64,000 nt of DNA from a virus, in the IMG/VR virus record IMGVR_UViG_3300042463_000207, positions 3,037 to 67,036 of that record; one strand, given 5' to 3'. Positions 9,401 through 18,400 of the stretch are shown in pieces. A program made the position numbers and the translations under genes. The notes under the pieces are model-generated. The model saw only the letters and a program-made list of their open reading frames with translations. It was not told the origin of the DNA and did not search any database. Position 1 is the stretch's first letter; each line of letters begins with the position of its first letter.

Positions 9401-12400
9401 TATCATAGATACTATATAGTTTATTAAGGGTCTTTCTTAGATACCTTGTTTTTCTTTTATATGTTTTATTGAGAAGTCTATCTACAAACTTTTTCTGATC
9501 TTCTATCTGTTGGATTACTTGTTTAGAATCTTGAGCATAATTAGTATTAGCATATACCCAGCTATCAAGTTCTTCTATTGTAGAGAACAGTGGTGAGTCT
9601 GCTACAGCAAAGAGGTTGTTACCTTCCTCATCTGTTGTGATCAACAAGTTATCTTGGAAGTATGCGTAGTCAACAGGATCTATAGAAGCTTCAGTTATTG
9701 CTGTATCAGGGAATGCTTGATTACTCAGCTCAAGATATTCTTCCCACGTCATTAGATCAGATAGATCTGAGCTTAAGATCTTAATAGCAGCAACTTCAAA
9801 TATATCTTCTTTGGTTTCATTTTGTTTATAGATACCAAGTACTCTCTTGATAAAGTTAATAAACCTAGTAAAGAAAGACTTATCCTCCGGAGTGCTCTCT
9901 CTAGTTTCTACTCTCTTGATTGCAGCAGCAATTAACTGACCAATAGACTCCTCGGTAAGATCTTCTGGACTACTAACTAGATTACCATATTGGGTTCTGT
10001 ATAGTTCATTATTCTTAACTGATGTTTCATGAGCATCCCATAGAGCCTTCTTAAGTGGACTATCAGCTTTTAACAATCTGTACCAGAAGTGAGCTGCCTC
10101 TTCAGGAAGTTTGTTCCATGCAAGAGGTCTCTTTTCAAATTGGTCTATGATGTCTACTGTACCCTGCATGAAATTGGCTACAGCAAGTGCATTATCTACA
10201 ACAGAACCATTAGCAGATAGAATTTCTGGAACAAGTCTCTGCTCAATACCAACAGCATCAAGGAAATTAGATACTTGATTAAGTGTACCTGTTTGGAACT
10301 CAAGGTTTTGTTGGTTAGATATATCCAGACCAAACAGTTCATCACTAGCAGTACTATTGATATTGGAGAATCTAGACTTGAAGCTACTTTCACTTGATAT
10401 ATCAACTCCTGATATGTTTCTAAACTTCCAGCCCTTAGGTGCAAGAACAATTGTAGGTAAGCCTAATCTTATTCCAGCTTTTGCACCAGCTTCATCAAAA
10501 CCAGTCTGACCACCACTTCTTACAGACTCAATCTTGTTATTTAGTCTAGGTGATTCTGTAACAGCTTTTAGAAGTCCGTATGTGAAATTGTCTATTTGAG
10601 CTTGAGTATATTTACCCCTCATTGTATAGATACCATTTCCAGCAATGTTCAGAGTTTTTGCATTGACAGAATTCAACATATCTACTATCCTATTTACTCT
10701 CTCAGCTGTAACTTCTATAGAACTAGCATCAATAGGAATGTACATTTTATTTTGAGCTAGCACAGAAGACTTAGTCAACTTTTCTCCAGCACTATTAAAA
10801 TCAGTAGCTAGTGCTATAGTAGCATCAGCAGATGCATTTATTCTAGTTCTTGCAGCATAACCAGTATTTTGATCTTCTTGGAAGTCAATCTGATTTATAG
10901 GTGTAACAGGTTGAGTTTGTTGACCAACTGTACTTACAATTTCTTCTGGATCAAATGATGGCTCAATAACAGTTCTTACATTAGAAGGATTGTTAATTTG
11001 TACTGGAGTAAGTAAATAGTTCTTAAATAACTTACGGTTGTTCTCAATAGATACCAGCTTATCAAATATTAGATTAAGAGTATCTTGAGTCCAGTAGTTT
11101 AGTTTAAATAAATCTCCAGCATTTCTAGTGGCTGCAATAACAGTTTCTTGTGGTACTACTAGCTCTAATCCAAATGGAGTAGTTCCATTACCATGTTGAT
11201 ACACTGCTATTTTTGGAAGAAGACTGAAGATAGCACTAATTCTATTATTAGCATCTCCTCTAACTTTCTGAATTCTTGGGTTACCAAGTGCTCTGATATT
11301 AGCAGCATACTGACTCTTAGTACTACCATCTACTACATCTCTGTCATTTAGAGTTAGAAGATAACTATCTCTAGAAGCTCTAGCTGATAGTTGTTCTAAT
11401 ACAGGGTACTCAGATCTAAGACCAGGAAACTCATCAACAAGATCAAGTACCATTTTGGTATATGAGTATTCAGTATTTTTAGTAAGAGCACTTGGATTGT
11501 ATACAGTCATTAGAGATACTTGGTTTAGTTGTAAACCAGTTAGACCCTGAGTCTTTTGGTATGCTCTTTCTAAAACGTATCTAATATACTGCTCTTCTGT
11601 AGTAAATGGATCTTCTGTAATATTAAATGGTTTTAGACCATCTCTATTTTTGTAAGCTGTGCCAGCCTCTGAATTAGCTAGATAAGCTTTTTCTCTGTAG
11701 TCTCTCTTGATGTTATCAAGGTTTATGATGAACCCTTTATCTGTATAGATAGCATCATTATCTAATGCTTTATTGTTAGTAACATTTGCATCACGATAAG
11801 TTTCTGGTACAGAAATAATATTACCCCTTGCATCTACAAAATTTGATAAGTAGTTCTGGTATATAAAGTTTACTATAGCATCTTTATAAGCATCAATGAA
11901 AGCTACAACACCATCTGTCCCAATACCAAAAGATGATATATCTCTGGTAGCAATAATTTCTTTAATAGCATTATTGGTAATACTGTTGTTAATGAGATCC
12001 ATCATTGGAGCAGCAACATCAGTGATGATGCTCTTATCAAAGAGTGAGCTTACAATACTTTGCTTGAATAGCCTTTCCTTAGTTACTTGATCAATCTTAC
12101 TATTCTCATCTAAGAGATCTCTGTTTACATCATCTAGATATACCTGTTGGAAGTTACTATAGGTTTTTGTATCTGGTTTTAGAAGTCTCTTCATTGCAGA
12201 TAGACCCATGAGTTGTTTTTGGATCTCATAGAAGTGTAAAAACATACCCATCTGAGCTATAATCTGCTCATTGTTGAGATCATTTACATTCTTTTTACCT
12301 TCAATGATATCCTGCATCATGTCTACTGAGAAGTTACCATCTACTCTTTCAGCTTTCTTTATAGCAAAATCAGCTGCATTATAGTATAATTGGTTTCTTA

Positions 12401-15400
12401 GATCTGGTGCAAAATAGATATCAGCTTTTGATGGTCCACCTTTTTCCGGATATATTCTCATTATTTCAAGAGGATTAATATTTCCTCTCTGGATTTCTAG
12501 TGCAAGTTGTCTCTTCTTAACCTTAGTCATCACTGGTTTTGGCTGCTCTCTAAAGTCATCCACTGGTCTGAACTCAACATTGAATTCAATATCAGGTCTC
12601 ACACCATCCATGATAGCATATAAATATCTTGCAGTATATTTATTTACTACATCTCTAGCAGATTGAAACTTAGTGAACTGTGATGCACTTGGTGCTATTC
12701 CTAAAATTGCACCATAGTCACCACCAATAAGTCTTTGCTGTTCTGCAAATTCACGGATCATTGGTTGTGATACAAAGTATGCTGCATCTCTTACAGGTAC
12801 ACCAGCTTTAATTAAGTATAGAAATGTTGGAGCAATCTCATAGTTACCTTGGATATAGAAGATCCACTCGTCTTTTTCTACATCTACCCAACCATTCATA
12901 CCTTGAGAATATACATCAGCAATCTTATCAATACCATCAGCGGTATCAGTATCTGATATAGAAATGTGATCTCCAATTTTATTGTGACGGAGATTCAGTC
13001 TCATATTGTATTCAGCAGGGTTCTTAGTATCTACAACATATCTACCATTTACATATTTGGTAGCTTTATACGTCAGTGGCATTTTACCACCAGCAGCATC
13101 AAACATTGGACTTAGTTTGTTTTCAATAGCTGCAATACCAAGTACTGCTTTACCAACTAAATTCTCCTCATGTTTGGCTAAATTGTATAGTGGCTCTAAT
13201 GTAGTAGTAGGGCTAAGTATCTTTTTGTTACCCTTCATGTTAATCTCACCATTTTGTTTGGTGAACTTATCATAAGTACTAACATCATCCTGCAGTTTAT
13301 CAGCAAGATCTTTTAGTATATAGGTATCATTAGGTCTAACTAGTGGAGCATAGTTTTCAGGTAGCTCAAGGATAGATCTAATACTATCAATAAATTGATT
13401 TTGTGTAGCAAACTTCTGTTGTTCAATAAACTTCTTTCTAGCTTTCTTATCCTTAATCTTATTTGCTTCTGCCATGAAGTCTTTATTACTAGCAGGAGCT
13501 TTATATAGATTACCATTCTTATCAATGTTAGGGAAGAATGTGGTAAGTTTATCAACGTCAAAGTCACCACCAGACTTAGCAACAATCTCTGTTGGTAGCA
13601 TGATTAGGTTACCTGCTGCTGGATCTAAGAACTCATATACTTCCATGAACTCCATAGAGTTGAGACCCTGTACAGGAATACGTACAGCAGCCATAGTGAT
13701 CTTCTTTCTGTTATCTTCAGTATCTAACCACTTTTCATTCTTGATCATCTCATTGAGTCTTTGTCTAGTCTCAATAGGTTTACCATCAATGTGTTTTAGA
13801 TTCAGTAAGTTTTCAAAGTCACCCTGTAAAGCAATAGCAACTTTCATTGCATTGGTTTTACCATCCTCACCAGGGTGGTAGAATGGAAGGTTATTAGTTC
13901 CTAGAAACTTCTTTCTCTCAGCATCAGTTGGTTTTTCAAATCTTGGTCCACCTGTAATTAGACCATTACTGAATGTGCTGGCTACTTGTACAAGAGGTTC
14001 ACCTTTGACATACTGTCTTACAAATCTTTTTTCTACAATAGATAGAATAGTTTTTTCAATAGTTTTTCTATCTATAAAGTATGATAGGTCACCCTTAAGT
14101 GTCCCATCACTATTTGTTTGTAGTTGTCTGAGTAAGTGATCTGGATAGTCTTTTCTTTCTAAGTTCTCTCTGATTAGTTTTAAGAACTTATCAGGTTTAC
14201 CTACAAGCTTGTTACCGTCTTTATTATACTCAATCTCATTTAGTAGTTCATACTTAAGGAGATCAGTATAGAAGTCTACAGTCTCCTTATACTCATTTAC
14301 AATTGGTGCATAATCTTTATTAACCAGCTGACCTTGTTGATATAAACCACTAGTAATTAGGGCTCTCAACTGTGTAGAGAATACAGTCTCACCCTTGTAC
14401 TTACTATTTACAGAAGCAGCTTCTTTTAGAAATCCTGCATGTATTGTATTTACTGTAAACTTGATATTCTTTTTAACAATAGTTTGAGCAGCATCTTCAA
14501 ATACTATATCGGCTTTACTACCAGTAGGTGCAACATGACCTACTTTAGAACCAGACTCAAATGTAGCATAATGTACATTTTCCGTCATCATCTGTTTGTG
14601 AAGTGACTCAAAATCAGTTCCCTTAATCATACTTGGAATTAGAGGCATAAGTGCAAACTTGTGCATTGCAGTTACAGGGAGTACTGTGCCTTCAACAAAA
14701 CCAAAGTTCTGTAATTTATAAACCGGGAACATCTCAATAATCTCAGATGCTTTTACATCTTCTTTATTTACAATTCTCTGGTATAGATTTTCTTGTGGGT
14801 CAGACCATTTATTCTGTAATACCTTAAGCATTCTATATGCATCAAAGGTAATGTATCCTTGACCATCTGCTTCTTTAAGTTCGTCAGCAGAATATTTAGC
14901 TACTTCCTTTTCAACACGTTCTTTAATAAGAGCTTCTTTATTTGGAATGTTTCTGTTCTTATATCTTCTTTCATAATCAGCAGTAAGACCCTTACGGATT
15001 ACATCAGCATAAATACTCTCTCTCTGTACTTCCTGCATAATAGCAGTATTAACATAACCCTTATACATAATAGGAGCCATGTTCTCACTTGCTGCATATG
15101 AAGTTTCTCCAAGATACTGACTGAATGTTTGTGCATCTAAATCACTTCTAACTCTAGGTCCATTTGATATGAGACCTGAAATTCTCTTATGTAGTTCTTG
15201 TTTCTTATGGTCATACTGAGCAATGTCACCCAAGAATAGGATACTGGTCTCCATATTATGGATCCAGTAGTTGTACATGAAAGCTTTTACTAATGTTTTT
15301 TCTCTTTGCTCATTGGTTAGATTATCAAACTTTAATCTATCCATGAGTGTTTTGTCAACAAATGGAGCTTGTTTTAAATAGTTATAGAGCTCATTTGTCT

Positions 15401-18400
15401 TGTTAGTAAAGTATCCCTTGATCTCAGCCTTTATCTTCTTTGCTAGTTCAGGATCTGTTTTAAGATAGTCTTGTAATTTAACTCCAGGACTCTTAACCTT
15501 TTCTAGGATTTCATTTTGAGTATTTTCAGTTAGTATACCATCAAAGTAGACAAATGATTCACCAAAGGTTTTACCATTTTTAAACTCTCTGTTATAGCCG
15601 ACATAGTTTTTAGCTTCAGGACTCTCATTGTAAATGTTAATTCTCTTGAGCTCAGAAGATAAATATGGAATCATAATGGTCTCTATAGTATCAGCTTCAC
15701 CGGCTGTATTTGGTAGAAGAGACTCAATATCAACATAGAGATGTGCATCTTTTTTATTTATAGCACTTGTAGCTATACCACCATCTATCTTCCAACCAAA
15801 AGATGAGTTCTTGGATCCAGGGCGCATTAGTTCTACTCTACCAGTCTTTAAGAACGTGTGCATCTCTTGGATGAACTTACCTCTCTTATCTAAAGATGTA
15901 GTATTTGAACCTGTGATAGCACCATCTCTAATAGAACCATTTTGACCAATTATAGTATTAATTGTTTGAGTACCAGAAATTGTCTCAACCATAACAGATC
16001 TATTAGGTCTCTTTGTATTATCTGGTAAGAACATTGATCTTATTGCAAGTGATGACTCTGCAAATGGGTTTATAGAAGGATCAAGATGCTTTGCAGTTGA
16101 ACCAAAACGGTACATATCAGTTCTACCATTAGCGGTATTTATAGCATCAGCAATAACTGTTAGTGAACTATCATTAACATGTTCATTAACCCTATTCTTT
16201 TCAGGGTTCTGTACTGAGAATGTAGAAGCAGTTGAACCAAATTTATTCTGTAGAGTTACAATTCTATCAATCTGGGTACTTTGTTTAGATCCTTTTTTAA
16301 ATACAAAACTATCTTTCAGACCTATTACTCCAGGATCTATACCGTTCCTGAGTGCAGTAATTGGATTCCTCATAAAATTATTAAGAATCCTTCTTGCTCC
16401 ATCAGACATTGATCCAGCTTTCTGAGCATTATTTAGATCTTTAATTGTATCAAATATGTAACTAACACCAAAATACTTGGCATTATTGGGATCAGATAGT
16501 TCTTGTTTGATCTTACCAAGGTCATCTAAGTTGAAGCCCATAGCATTTAAGAACAAGAACTCACTGCCTGTTTTGAAGTTACCAGACCTATCTGAAAACT
16601 GTTCAATGATTTTATCAAGTTTTAGAATAGTATTGTTGTCAGCATCTCTTCTAGTAAATGCACTATCTAGTCTTGCTGCAAAACTAGCCTCAAACTTACG
16701 GATGGTATTACTAATATCAGTAGATGCATTAGTTACTTCTACTCCACTTGTTTCAGATCTAGTTATCTTTTTGTTTCCTTTATTATCAATCTCTTCATAC
16801 TGATTTCTAAACACAGTAAGTTGCATGTATGGCACACGTGGTAAACTAAACACAGACCAGAAGGATGTAACAATCCCAAATGATCTCATCTTGTTACCTA
16901 TTGTACCCTCTGCACCAATTGATTCTGGATTCGGAAGTCTAAACTTAATAAGTTGTTCTAGTTCAGGATATGTAGCAATAGCATCTTGAATGTTCTTGTA
17001 CATCTGTCTAGGATCCTTAGTACTATTTGTTGCTCTTACAACAGCATTCCAGACCTTTTTGTAATTTGCAAGTTTCTTGTAACCAAGTTTATTGTACTCA
17101 TAGATTGGTTTTCCTCTAGAGTCTCTTGTGACTGCAAACAAACTTTTTAGAATATAGACTACTTCTTTATCTACAATCTCTAGTAAATTTACATCAGCAC
17201 CCTTATCAAATTTCTGGGACTTAGTTGCATCTAGTTGAGCATCTTCATCTTGAGTATCATTTTCTGGATCAGTTTCTTGAATCCTTACTTTTTTGGTCAT
17301 TATATTAAATGAAGACTTCTCTTCAAAGTATTTAATAACCTTATCCCAGTTGTCTCTTGCCGCTTGTAAAACTCTTAGATTGTCTAAGAGAGCAGCCTGA
17401 TCATAGTCAACTTCAAAAGCACCTACTGTTCTATCTGGAAAGAGCTCAATATCTGTAAAAGAAGTATCATCATCTTTTTCATATGCATCAAATTGGGCTT
17501 GAGCTTCTTCTAATGAATTTACAACAATGATGTCAACTGCATCTTTGTCTTTGGACTTAATAGTCTTATGACTATAGTAGTCACCTATAATCTCAATAGT
17601 ACCTTTGTATAGTTCACCTTTAATTCTTTCACCACTCTTGGTATCTAAATTAAGATTACTAAAGTCTTCAACCTGACCTTTTAAGAAGATGTACTTATCA
17701 TCTCCCTCTTTACTCCTAATAATAGCAACAGCATTATCTTCAAGGTTCTGAAGTGTTTCAAATGAGTTAAAAGATTTAGCTGGCTTTACATTAAGTTGAC
17801 CTTGTATGTTTTCAATATCTTTTAGAAATCTCTTTCTTGCAAAATCAAAGAACTGGCTCTTATTATTCTCATTACTAATAATAGATATTGCTGCATCTAG
17901 AGCTCCCTTTTTCTCAAATGTATTGTCAACAACTGTTGATAGAAGTGAGTCTAGTGATTCAATAACAAGAGCAGAGTCAATCTCATCAAGAGCATCTTCT
18001 TGATTATTGTTGACTTGTTCTATACCACGGTTTAGCTCATCAAGTGCAACATTAGTAATTAATGGTGTATAGTTGTTGAGCAGTGCTGGATTCTTAGATG
18101 CAAAGTATAAGTTTTGGAATAGCTCACCTGCAACACCTTCTGTTGCAAGTTCTTCACCCCTAATTAAATCAGCTGTAGAAGGTGTAATTCTAAATAACTT
18201 TTTGAGGAAGTTAAGTATTCTTCTAAAGAGTGTATTTCTTTTTGGTTGACCCTTAATTACTTTTGGATTAAGTGCATAAGATCTAAAATCTTCAGCTAAC
18301 ATTTCTTCTACTTCTCTTGCAGAGAGATTAGCATATTCAGGTTTTAGTTTTCTTACTTCATTATATAATGCAGTCTTCTCTTCTTTTGTTAGGAACAACT

